64,000 nucleotides of DNA from NCBI GenBank assembly GCA_964452405.1, contig CAYVLT010000001.1, positions 3,387 through 67,386 on the forward strand. The letters run 5' to 3'. The stretch comes from an uncultured Ferruginibacter sp. GTDB lineage: Bacteria; Bacteroidota; Bacteroidia; Chitinophagales; Chitinophagaceae. The position numbers were made by a program, and so were the translations under genes. Of the stretch, positions 1-7,721 are shown in pieces; within the stretch, counting starts at the first letter, position 1, and every line of letters begins with the position of its first letter. The notes beneath the pieces are model-generated. The model was not told the DNA's origin, did not search any database, and worked only from the letters and a program-made list of their open reading frames with translations.

Positions 1-510
1 ATTGGAAAAGATGCGGCCTTTTTAAGTACCACCGGCATTGGTGTTGTTAACCTGGTCTTTACCATTGCCGGTTGGTCGCTGATTGACCGCTTTGGCAGGA
101 GAACCCTGATGTACATCGGTTCATTGGGGTATATTATTTCCCTGGCATTGATTGCTGCCGCCTTCCACAACGGTAACAGCGAATTTATTACCTACTACGT
201 GTTCATGTTCATTGCAGCACATGCAATAGGACAGGGGGCGGTGATTTGGGTGTTTATTGCAGAAATATTCCCCAATTCAGTGAGGGCAGCAGGCACGTCG
301 TTTGGTTGTTTAACCCATTGGGCATGGGCTGCTATTGTGGCCCAGACCTTTCCTTTTTTTGCAGACAATCCCAGCATTGGCGGAGCTAAAATATTCGGTT
401 TCTTTTGTGCAATGATGGTACTGCAATTATTGTTTGTATGGCGCATGATGCCCGAAACAAAGGGCATTCCACTGGAAGACATGGACAAAGCAACCGTGGT
501 GCTTCATTAA
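1..510 (+). CDS. Sugar porter family MFS transporter, C-terminal part (gene starts before the window)
   Basis: Frame 1 is open from base 1 (IGKDAAFLSTTGIGVVNLVFTIAGWSLIDRFGRRTLM). Has DRFGRR, AEIFP..VRA and PETKG..LE sugar-porter motifs. Confidence 0.9.
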   Translation: MGKDAAFLSTTGIGVVNLVFTIAGWSLIDRFGRRTLMYIGSLGYIISLALIAAAFHNGNSEFITYYVFMFIAAHAIGQGAVIWVFIAEIFPNSVRAAGTSFGCLTHWAWAAIVAQTFPFFADNPSIGGAKIFGFFCAMMVLQLLFVWRMMPETKGIPLEDMDKATVVLH

Positions 511-615
511 GGTACGATGCTGTTGAGTAATGGGATGTGGTACAAGTGAGTGACACAACGATGTTGCACTCAATACCAATGCCGGTAACAAAAACAGCGA
601 TTTAAAAAAATAGTT

Positions 616-1569
616 ATGAGCAAAATACTTTGCATCGGTGAAGCCCTGATAGATATGATCTGCACCGATAAGGGAAGAACGCTGACTGAAGGCGAAAATT
701 TTTTAAAGAAGCCAGGTGGCGCCCCAACCAATGTGGCGGCAGCAGTTGCAGCACTCGGTGGTGAGGTGGAGCTGGCGGCTAAGGTAGGCGTTGATCCTTT
801 TGGTACCTATATGGTGGAAGTAATGCAGCAATTCGGTGTGCGTACTACTTATATGTTGCGGGATGCTGACCATTTTACCACTTTTGCCTTTGTATCCCTG
901 ATGGAAAACGGCGAACGGGATTTTTATTTCAACCGGGGCGCTGATGGGCAGTTGAGTGCAGCCGATATTGAAGCCATTGATTTAAGCGATGTATCCATTA
1001 TTCATTTTGGATCTGCCACCGGTTTTTTGCCTGGGCCATTGCAGGCAGCATACAGGCTGCTGCTGCAAAAAGCACTGGAACGTAAAATTTTTGTGAGCTT
1101 TGATCCCAACTATCGTCACCTGCTTTTCCGCGACAACACCCAATCGTTTATTGATCAAAGCTGGTATTTTCTGCAGCATTGCGATTTTTTTAAACTCAGC
1201 GATGAAGAAGCGATGCTGCTAACCGGTGAAACCACCCTTGATAAGGCTGCAGCAGTATTGATGCAGAAAACCCCTTCTGTGTTCACCATTACCCTTGGTG
1301 GAGAAGGAACACTGTTGGGTATACAGCAAACCACCCAGGTGATTCCGAGCATACCGGTGAAGCCGGTGGATACAACCGGCGCCGGCGATGCATTTGTAGG
1401 GGCTGTTTTATACCAGTTAGACAAGTCGATTGCCGGTAAAAACAGTGAACTTTCAAAAGAAGACTGGGAGCAAATAGTAAGCAATGCCAATAAAGCGGGT
1501 GCCCGTACCTGTGAGTACCTCGGTGCAATGGAAGCATTCAAACATTTAAGCAACAGTATATTTGAATAA
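616..1569 (+). CDS. PfkB-family carbohydrate kinase, probably fructokinase
   Basis: GGAPTNVA, FDPNYR and DTTGAGDAFVG PfkB signatures; lies between a sugar porter and a sucrose-active GH13. Confidence 0.88.
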   Translation: MSKILCIGEALIDMICTDKGRTLTEGENFLKKPGGAPTNVAAAVAALGGEVELAAKVGVDPFGTYMVEVMQQFGVRTTYMLRDADHFTTFAFVSLMENGERDFYFNRGADGQLSAADIEAIDLSDVSIIHFGSATGFLPGPLQAAYRLLLQKALERKIFVSFDPNYRHLLFRDNTQSFIDQSWYFLQHCDFFKLSDEEAMLLTGETTLDKAAAVLMQKTPSVFTITLGGEGTLLGIQQTTQVIPSIPVKPVDTTGAGDAFVGAVLYQLDKSIAGKNSELSKEDWEQIVSNANKAGARTCEYLGAMEAFKHLSNSIFE

Positions 1570-1655
1570 TGGCAACTGCCGGTTTATCCTGCGTTGATTT
1601 TATGCAGGAACTTGTCTTGCAACAGCGGGTAGTTGTCTCAATAAATTAAATCACC

Positions 1656-3605
1656 GTGTACAATCCTAAAATACACCAGCTCATCAGCAGCAGCCTGCAG
1701 CAACACCAGGTCGACATTGCCGGGAAAGACAACCTATTCTTTACCCGCTTTGTCGCCAACACATCTTCGATACATTTTTTGTACAACGAACTCTATGGTC
1801 AGCATCCGGCTTCACAGGAAAACTTTCAGCGCCTGGTGCATACCATCACCAAAGCCTACCGGCAACGGGCAGAACAGCTTAAACAACTCGATGAAGAAAA
1901 AGAAGCAACAGGAAACTGGTTTCTCAGCAACAGCATTACCGGTATGAGCCTGTACGTAGACCGGTTCTGCGGAAGTATTTCCAACCTCGAACATAAACTG
2001 GATTATTTTAAAAAGCTTGGCGTAAACCTGTTGCACCTGATGCCGGTAATGGAAAGTCCGGAAGGTGAAAGCGATGGCGGATATGCTGTGAGCGATTTCA
2101 GGAAAGTGGATCAAAGGTTTGGTACCATTGCCGGTTTGAGGGCACTGCAGGACAGGATGAAAAAAGAAAAATTGTACCTGATGATCGATATTGTACTCAA
2201 CCATACCTCACACCATCATCAGTGGGCACAGCAAGCGAAAAGCGGCGATAAAAAATACCAGGATTATTTTTACATGTTTACCGACCGTAGCCTTCCTGAT
2301 CAGTACGATTCCACCATGCCCGAAATATTTCCTGAAAGTTCGCCCGGTAATTTCACCTGGGATGAAGCCTGCAAGAAATGGGTGATGACGGTTTTTCATC
2401 ATTACCAGTGGGATCTGAATTATACCAACCCGGAAGTGCTGGTGGAAATGATCGACAATATTTTATTTTATGCCAATCTCGGCGTGGATGTTTTACGGAT
2501 AGATGCACCGGCTTTTATCTGGAAGCAATTGGGCACCACTTGTCAAAACCTGCCTCAGGCGCATACACTGCTCCGTTTGATAAAGCAATGTGTGCAGGTG
2601 GCGGCGCCTGGCATGGCCTTGCTCGGGGAAGCCATCGTTGCACCAAAAGAGATCATGAAATATTTTGGTACCGGTATGTACACGGCGAGAGAATGTGATT
2701 TCGCCTACAATTCCACGCACATGGCCCTGCAATGGGATGCACTGGCTACCGGCGACACACAGGTGATGCTGGCCGCACAGCATGAATTGCTGCAAAAACC
2801 CTTTGGCACATCCTGGATCACCTATACCCGCTGCCACGATGATATCGGCCTGGGGTATGATGATTATATGATCCAGCATGCAGGCTACGACCCTTACCAA
2901 CACAGGCGTTTTATAAAGGATTATTATTCCGGTGTGGCAGAAGGATCGCCAGCTACAGGCGCCCTTTTCAGCGTTAACCCTAAAACACAGGATGCACGCA
3001 TCAGCGGTTCATTGGCTTCTCTTTGTGGCCTGGAAAAAGCGTTGCAGCTTAATAACCCGGAGCAGGTTGAAACCGCGATAAAAAAAATATTGCTCATGCA
3101 GGCACACAGTTTTTTCATCGGTGGTGTGCCCATGCTTTTTTATGGAGATGAACTGGGATATACCAACGATTATTCCTATTTATCCGATCCCGGAAAAAGT
3201 TACGACAATCGCTGGATGCATCGACCTGTTATTGACTGGGATAAAAATGCGAATATCGAAATTAAAGGCACCACTGAACAAAAAATATTCACGGCTACAC
3301 AGCAACTCATCTCCCTCCGGAAAAAGCTCGGGGTGGTGGCAGACTATAAAAATTTAACCTGGCTCAACCCTTTTAATATTCATGTGGCAGGTTACCTGCG
3401 TACCCTTGATGAAGCGAGGCTTTATTGTGTATTCAACTTCAGCCATCAGGCAGCTTATCTTACCTGGGCTGCTTTTAAACAACACGGGCCCGTGCCAGCA
3501 CAATTATTCGATCATTGGAAACAACAATCTCATTCAGTGGGATTCGACAATGAGCACCTGGTAATTGCCCCTTACGAATTTTGCCTGCTCGAAGTAAAGC
3601 AATAG
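1656..3605 (+). CDS. GH13 amylosucrase / sucrose hydrolase-like enzyme (GH13_4), cytoplasmic
   Basis: GTG start; DGGYAVSD, DIVLNHTS, catalytic RIDAPAF (nucleophile), LGEAIV (acid/base) and RCHDDIG motifs as in amylosucrases; no signal peptide. Confidence 0.85.
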   Translation: MYNPKIHQLISSSLQQHQVDIAGKDNLFFTRFVANTSSIHFLYNELYGQHPASQENFQRLVHTITKAYRQRAEQLKQLDEEKEATGNWFLSNSITGMSLYVDRFCGSISNLEHKLDYFKKLGVNLLHLMPVMESPEGESDGGYAVSDFRKVDQRFGTIAGLRALQDRMKKEKLYLMIDIVLNHTSHHHQWAQQAKSGDKKYQDYFYMFTDRSLPDQYDSTMPEIFPESSPGNFTWDEACKKWVMTVFHHYQWDLNYTNPEVLVEMIDNILFYANLGVDVLRIDAPAFIWKQLGTTCQNLPQAHTLLRLIKQCVQVAAPGMALLGEAIVAPKEIMKYFGTGMYTARECDFAYNSTHMALQWDALATGDTQVMLAAQHELLQKPFGTSWITYTRCHDDIGLGYDDYMIQHAGYDPYQHRRFIKDYYSGVAEGSPATGALFSVNPKTQDARISGSLASLCGLEKALQLNNPEQVETAIKKILLMQAHSFFIGGVPMLFYGDELGYTNDYSYLSDPGKSYDNRWMHRPVIDWDKNANIEIKGTTEQKIFTATQQLISLRKKLGVVADYKNLTWLNPFNIHVAGYLRTLDEARLYCVFNFSHQAAYLTWAAFKQHGPVPAQLFDHWKQQSHSVGFDNEHLVIAPYEFCLLEVKQ

Positions 3606-3871
3606 TGTTTTTTGAGCCCGGCATTTGAAGGAGGATCAGCTTCGGTGGCGTCGCACACTTGTACCAGGGCTCATCCAGCAGCAGACACGGGTATCCTTGT
3701 TCCATCCAACACCCATGCCGGAGCAGGTTTTTACACATCCGTTTTCTACAAAGGCCTGGAGCAAGCTATCAACCCGGTGCTGGTATTTGCTGAATGATGT
3801 GAGCTGGCATTCACTTCTTTTTCGTTTATCGGTAACCGTGAGCAGGTTGAATATTTTTAATCTTTGCATAA

Positions 3872-3961
3872 AATCCTGAAGCCGTACCGGGCTTTCCCTG
3901 AACCTGTATGGATTCAACCTGTTACTGGTGAGCGGAAATTTGGATGAACATTCCGGGGATT
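3872..3961. ncRNA. Candidate small structured RNA with 6S-like motifs (strand unresolved)
   Basis: Ends are complementary (AATCC 3872-76 / GGATT 3957-61); internal TGAACC-tgtat-GGATTCA hairpin; near-consensus -7 box AATCTTTG at 3859-66; terminator downstream. The 6S resemblance is by eye only. Confidence 0.3.
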
Positions 3962-3995
3962 GTAACGATTGATCGCAACGCCACCACCAATGCAT

Positions 3996-4027
3996 AAAAA
4001 AAGCGGCAGTGTTTCGCTGCCGCTTTT
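3996..4027. terminator. Intrinsic terminator, probably bidirectional (main use: end of the minus-strand PUL transcript)
   Basis: AAAAGCGGCAG (3999-4009) / CTGCCGCTTTT (4017-27), with A7 on the left and T4 on the right; 22 nt past the GH16 stop. Confidence 0.88.
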
Positions 4028-4049
4028 AGAGAAAGTAGGTATAAAGTTG

Positions 4050-5252
4050 TTATTGAAACACGCGAACGTAATCTACAAACATCCGCTGTGGGAAGGTAGT
4101 GCTGGCATCCGGCGGACCAGGCCAGTCGCCACCCACGGCCACATTCATGATAAAAAAGAAAGGATGGTTAAAAGCATAGGTGCCGCTGCTGATGGAAGCG
4201 CTGGTACCGGTAAAGTAAACATGATCATCCACTAAAAACTGGATGCTGTTCTCCACCCAGATAACGCTGAACACATGAAATTGCTGGGAAAAGTCTTCTG
4301 AAGGCAGTTCATAGCTGTTGTTGATGGTGCCGTTAGACCCATCAGCCAGTGGCCAGTGCATGGAACCGGTGACTCTTTTAGGATAAGTCCCGATCAGTTC
4401 CATGATGTCGATCTCACCACATTTGGGCCAGGGATTGGTGCCAATATCAGACCCCAGCATCCACAAAGCGGGCCACATACCTTTCGCAACAGGTAGTTTA
4501 GCCCTGATGTCGATGCGGCCATAGGTGAATGTTTTTTTGTTGTACGTGGTGATGCGTGCTGAAGTGTAGTTGTTTCCTCCCAGGTTTTCTTTCCTTGCTT
4601 CAATTACAAGGTTGCCATTGGATTGAAACACATTCTGCGGCCGGCCGGTATAATTTTCAAGTTCATGATTTCCCCAGCCACTGCCACCGGTTTCAAAATT
4701 CCAGGTATTGGCATCAACAGTTGCACCGGAAAACTCATCGCTCCAAACAAGCGTATAGCCGGGATAGGTAGTAGGCGTGGTATAGCCGCTGTTGTCTGTA
4801 GGCAGGTAGGTGCCGTCTGACGTACCGATAATCCCTTTGAATGATGCGGTACCGATGGTGCAGTTTACCGGGTCGCTGAGCTGTACCGTATAAACAAGAT
4901 CAGGTTGCCGGAGGCTGTCTCCGGTGATGGCCACATCAAAAAATGCGGAAGTTTCATTCGCAGGGATTGTGATGGTGCCGGAAGCTGCCGTGAAATCCCG
5001 CGGCGAAAGCGCCGTGCCTGCAACAAGGGTATACTTAGCCGTTATCGCACTGGTACCCGCTTTGTTGAGACTGAGATAAAACCGCATCGTGGAGGCGCTG
5101 GTTGTTCTTGCCTTGGTTACATCAGTACCGGATAACACCGGCAAAGTTGAAGAGGGTGGAGGAGTTGTACCTCCCCCACCTTTCTTACAAGACGCCAAAA
5201 CGAACATTACCAGCAAACCAAAACTGGTAATTATTTTAAAGCCTTTTTTCAT
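4050..5252 (-). CDS. GH16 endo-beta-1,3-glucanase (laminarinase-type) lipoprotein with N-terminal Calx-beta-like domain
   Basis: Lipobox VLASC; WSDEF, GWGNHELE, WPALWMLG and catalytic EIDIME; Calx-beta-like segment (YTLVAGTA..DFTAASGTITI). Confidence 0.9.
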   Translation of the reverse strand: MKKGFKIITSFGLLVMFVLASCKKGGGGTTPPPSSTLPVLSGTDVTKARTTSASTMRFYLSLNKAGTSAITAKYTLVAGTALSPRDFTAASGTITIPANETSAFFDVAITGDSLRQPDLVYTVQLSDPVNCTIGTASFKGIIGTSDGTYLPTDNSGYTTPTTYPGYTLVWSDEFSGATVDANTWNFETGGSGWGNHELENYTGRPQNVFQSNGNLVIEARKENLGGNNYTSARITTYNKKTFTYGRIDIRAKLPVAKGMWPALWMLGSDIGTNPWPKCGEIDIMELIGTYPKRVTGSMHWPLADGSNGTINNSYELPSEDFSQQFHVFSVIWVENSIQFLVDDHVYFTGTSASISSGTYAFNHPFFFIMNVAVGGDWPGPPDASTTFPQRMFVDYVRVFQ

Positions 5253-5261
5253 AAGTGTTTT

Positions 5262-6167
5262 TTAATAGGAACGCAATGTAAACGCCCACCAGCCATAGCC
5301 GAGGTCAACGCCAACTACTAAAATGTCGTACCCTGCCGGATCATGTGTCATTGCTAAGATATCATACGTAATAGAGGTGGCAGGTGCGCTGGTGTTCTCA
5401 CCACCGTTCCTCACCTTCTGTAAACCGATATGAGCTCCCAGGCCAACTACTGTCAATTGTCCCAATCCACGTACGCCGGCATTGTCGGTAAAAGTATAGG
5501 TGAAAGTACCTGAACCCCAGGGAGCCTGCGTTGCAGTGTAATTGCTGCTTGGCTGGCAGGTGCCGGTATTGTCGCCTAAATAGCCATCACCAAAAAAGTC
5601 GCCTTTGTTATCGTAAATAAAAGTTTGATCGAGATAAGTGAAAGTATATTCATCATTGAATTCACAGGATCTTCCGGTAACATCACCGGCACCACTTGAC
5701 CACCAGTTGCCGGCATCAGGAGATGCATCGCCCACTTTATAGGCGCCGGCTTCCGGGTTGAGTTTCCAGGTTTTTGACGTGCAACCTGCAATAAAACCTT
5801 TGTGATTTCTTTCGCAGGCAGTTATATCATCCTGTGCAATTACTATAGGTTTGGTTACTGAGTCAAGACCACCATTGTTAACCACGTAAAGAGTAACATT
5901 GTAAGTACCCATGTAATCGAAGCTGGTGGTGGCGGAATCTCCTTTCAGCAAGGTGCTTGCAGTACCTACTCTCCAGTAAGGGATACTGGCAGTGCTTGAT
6001 TTGTTGACCAATGTAATTACGTTGGGGTTGGTGCCGGGTACTGCGATAAAATCGGGTGTAGCCAGCGGACCCAGTGATCCTCCTTTTTCCTTTTTGCAGG
6101 AAGACAATCCCAGGCACAGGATCGAGGCGATCGCGGCCAGGCTAAAAAGTTTGAAATTATTTTTCAT
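5262..6167 (-). CDS. PKD-domain surface lipoprotein (probable surface glycan-binding protein of the PUL)
   Basis: Lipobox LSSC-KKEK; PKD-like GTYNVTLYV; position directly after susD. Confidence 0.75.
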   Translation of the reverse strand: MKNNFKLFSLAAIASILCLGLSSCKKEKGGSLGPLATPDFIAVPGTNPNVITLVNKSSTASIPYWRVGTASTLLKGDSATTSFDYMGTYNVTLYVVNNGGLDSVTKPIVIAQDDITACERNHKGFIAGCTSKTWKLNPEAGAYKVGDASPDAGNWWSSGAGDVTGRSCEFNDEYTFTYLDQTFIYDNKGDFFGDGYLGDNTGTCQPSSNYTATQAPWGSGTFTYTFTDNAGVRGLGQLTVVGLGAHIGLQKVRNGGENTSAPATSITYDILAMTHDPAGYDILVVGVDLGYGWWAFTLRSY

Positions 6168-6185
6168 AATGATTTGTTTGGTTGA

Positions 6186-7703
6186 TTAATTATATCCTGG
6201 ATTTTGAACAAGCTTGGTGTTAGTCATGTCGCTGATAGGAATCGGCAGAATTTCATTTTTGCCAGCCACAAAACCATTGGCAGATAAAGCTTCTGCAGCT
6301 TTGCCTGTGCGCACGAGGTCGAAGAATCGATGCCCTTCAGTGGCCAGTTCCAACCTTCTTTCGTTATAAATAACATCGAGTGTTACCGGGATGGAAGGCA
6401 GGCCTACACGGGCTCTTACAGCGTCAACCAAAGCCTGCGCCCTTGCTGTATTTGCGCCGCTGTGAACAAGTGCTTCTGCTTCCATCAGGTAAGTATCCGC
6501 CAGCCGGATCTCGATATAGTCCAGTTGATAATTCAATTCAGTGGTACCAAGCAGCGGGGTTTTATAGGCAATCTTGGGACCGTATTTTTCAACGAAGTAA
6601 CCGGTATTATCGGCACCCGCTTCGTAACTGCTTCCGGTTGCCTGTGTAAGGCTATCCATGTTGATGCAGGTATAGTTATACCTCGGATCGTTTTTGATCG
6701 CATTTACAAGCGACATAGTAAGCGGACAGAATCCCCAGCCAGACGCATAAATGGGTCCATTGTATCCTCTTGCACCGATCATCTGCACCATTACATTTCC
6801 TTCAAATGCACCCCATGCACCCCAGTCTTGCTGTGCTTTGTTGGTATGCACGATCTCAAAAATTGATTCTGCATTGAATTTGTTGGAAGGAACAAAGATA
6901 TCCGGGAAATTAGGCAGCAACTGGTAACCAAAGCTGCTTACACCGCCTGGTGTACCATTCACATCGGCCAACTGAGCCGCTGCTTCAGTCCATTTTTCTT
7001 CGTATAGGTACACTTTGCCGAGCAATGCTTTGGCAGCACCTTTGGTAACTCTTCCTCCTTCAGTTACCGGAACATTCAGTGGCAAGTTAGGTTCTGCAAT
7101 GGCATCGGTTAAATCGCTTTCAATTTGCGCATACACGGCCTCGGGAGTTGCCTGGGTTATGTTGTAAATATCCGAAGTAGGGATAGCTGCAGTGATCAAC
7201 GGAACGTTTTTAAACAAACGTACCAGGTCAAAATAGTAGTAAGCCCTTAAAAATTTAACCTCTGCAGTGTACCTGCCTTTAGTGGCTTCAGTAAGATCCG
7301 GAACTCCGTCCATCTTTGTCAATAGCAGGTTAGCCCTGTAAATGCCGGTATAGTTCCGGCCCCAAAGATCACCTTGTGGTCCTTGTGCGAGGTTAACGGT
7401 GAATTTATCCCAGGAAGTCCAGTTAACCTGGTCTGGCCCGGGGGCTGCACCACCAGCTGCACAATCATCTGAGGCAGTATTCAACAAACCGAGTTTGCTT
7501 GAATAGCTTGATCCTGTTTCTGAACCCAGGGGATCGTAAACGGCTACCAGCCCTTTGAAAACTTCAGCAGCATTTTTATAAAACTGCGTCTCCAGGGTGG
7601 TTTGATTTCCCGTCGGGTTCACGTCGAGAAAACTTTTTTTACATGAATTTAAAACCAGCAATGCTGTGACAGACAAAGCCAGGTATTTTATATTTTTTTT
7701 CAT
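6186..7703 (-). CDS. susD: SusD/RagB family glycan-binding lipoprotein
   Basis: Lipobox LNSC; EVKFLRAYYYFDLVRLF, IRLADTYLMEAEA, ERRLELATEGHRFFDLVR, QNPGY end. Confidence 0.95.
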   Translation of the reverse strand: MKKNIKYLALSVTALLVLNSCKKSFLDVNPTGNQTTLETQFYKNAAEVFKGLVAVYDPLGSETGSSYSSKLGLLNTASDDCAAGGAAPGPDQVNWTSWDKFTVNLAQGPQGDLWGRNYTGIYRANLLLTKMDGVPDLTEATKGRYTAEVKFLRAYYYFDLVRLFKNVPLITAAIPTSDIYNITQATPEAVYAQIESDLTDAIAEPNLPLNVPVTEGGRVTKGAAKALLGKVYLYEEKWTEAAAQLADVNGTPGGVSSFGYQLLPNFPDIFVPSNKFNAESIFEIVHTNKAQQDWGAWGAFEGNVMVQMIGARGYNGPIYASGWGFCPLTMSLVNAIKNDPRYNYTCINMDSLTQATGSSYEAGADNTGYFVEKYGPKIAYKTPLLGTTELNYQLDYIEIRLADTYLMEAEALVHSGANTARAQALVDAVRARVGLPSIPVTLDVIYNERRLELATEGHRFFDLVRTGKAAEALSANGFVAGKNEILPIPISDMTNTKLVQNPGYN

Positions 7704-7721
7704 ATCGTGAATGTTAGTGTA

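Noticed and set aside
3876-3915. Group II intron domain V look-alike (minus strand ...GAAA...GTACGGCTTC)
   Set aside because: No AGC/CGC catalytic triad, no domain VI, no RT ORF and no interrupted gene.
3890-3935. TPP riboswitch suggested by GAACCTG followed by a GG/CC stem
   Set aside because: No CTGAGA or GCGnAGGGA elements and no thiamine gene downstream.
3636-3995. 119-aa Cys-rich minus-strand ORF and overlapping 61-87 aa ORFs
   Set aside because: No recognisable motif, poor starts, mutually overlapping, and located downstream of a strong terminator; not called, although a small protein cannot be excluded.
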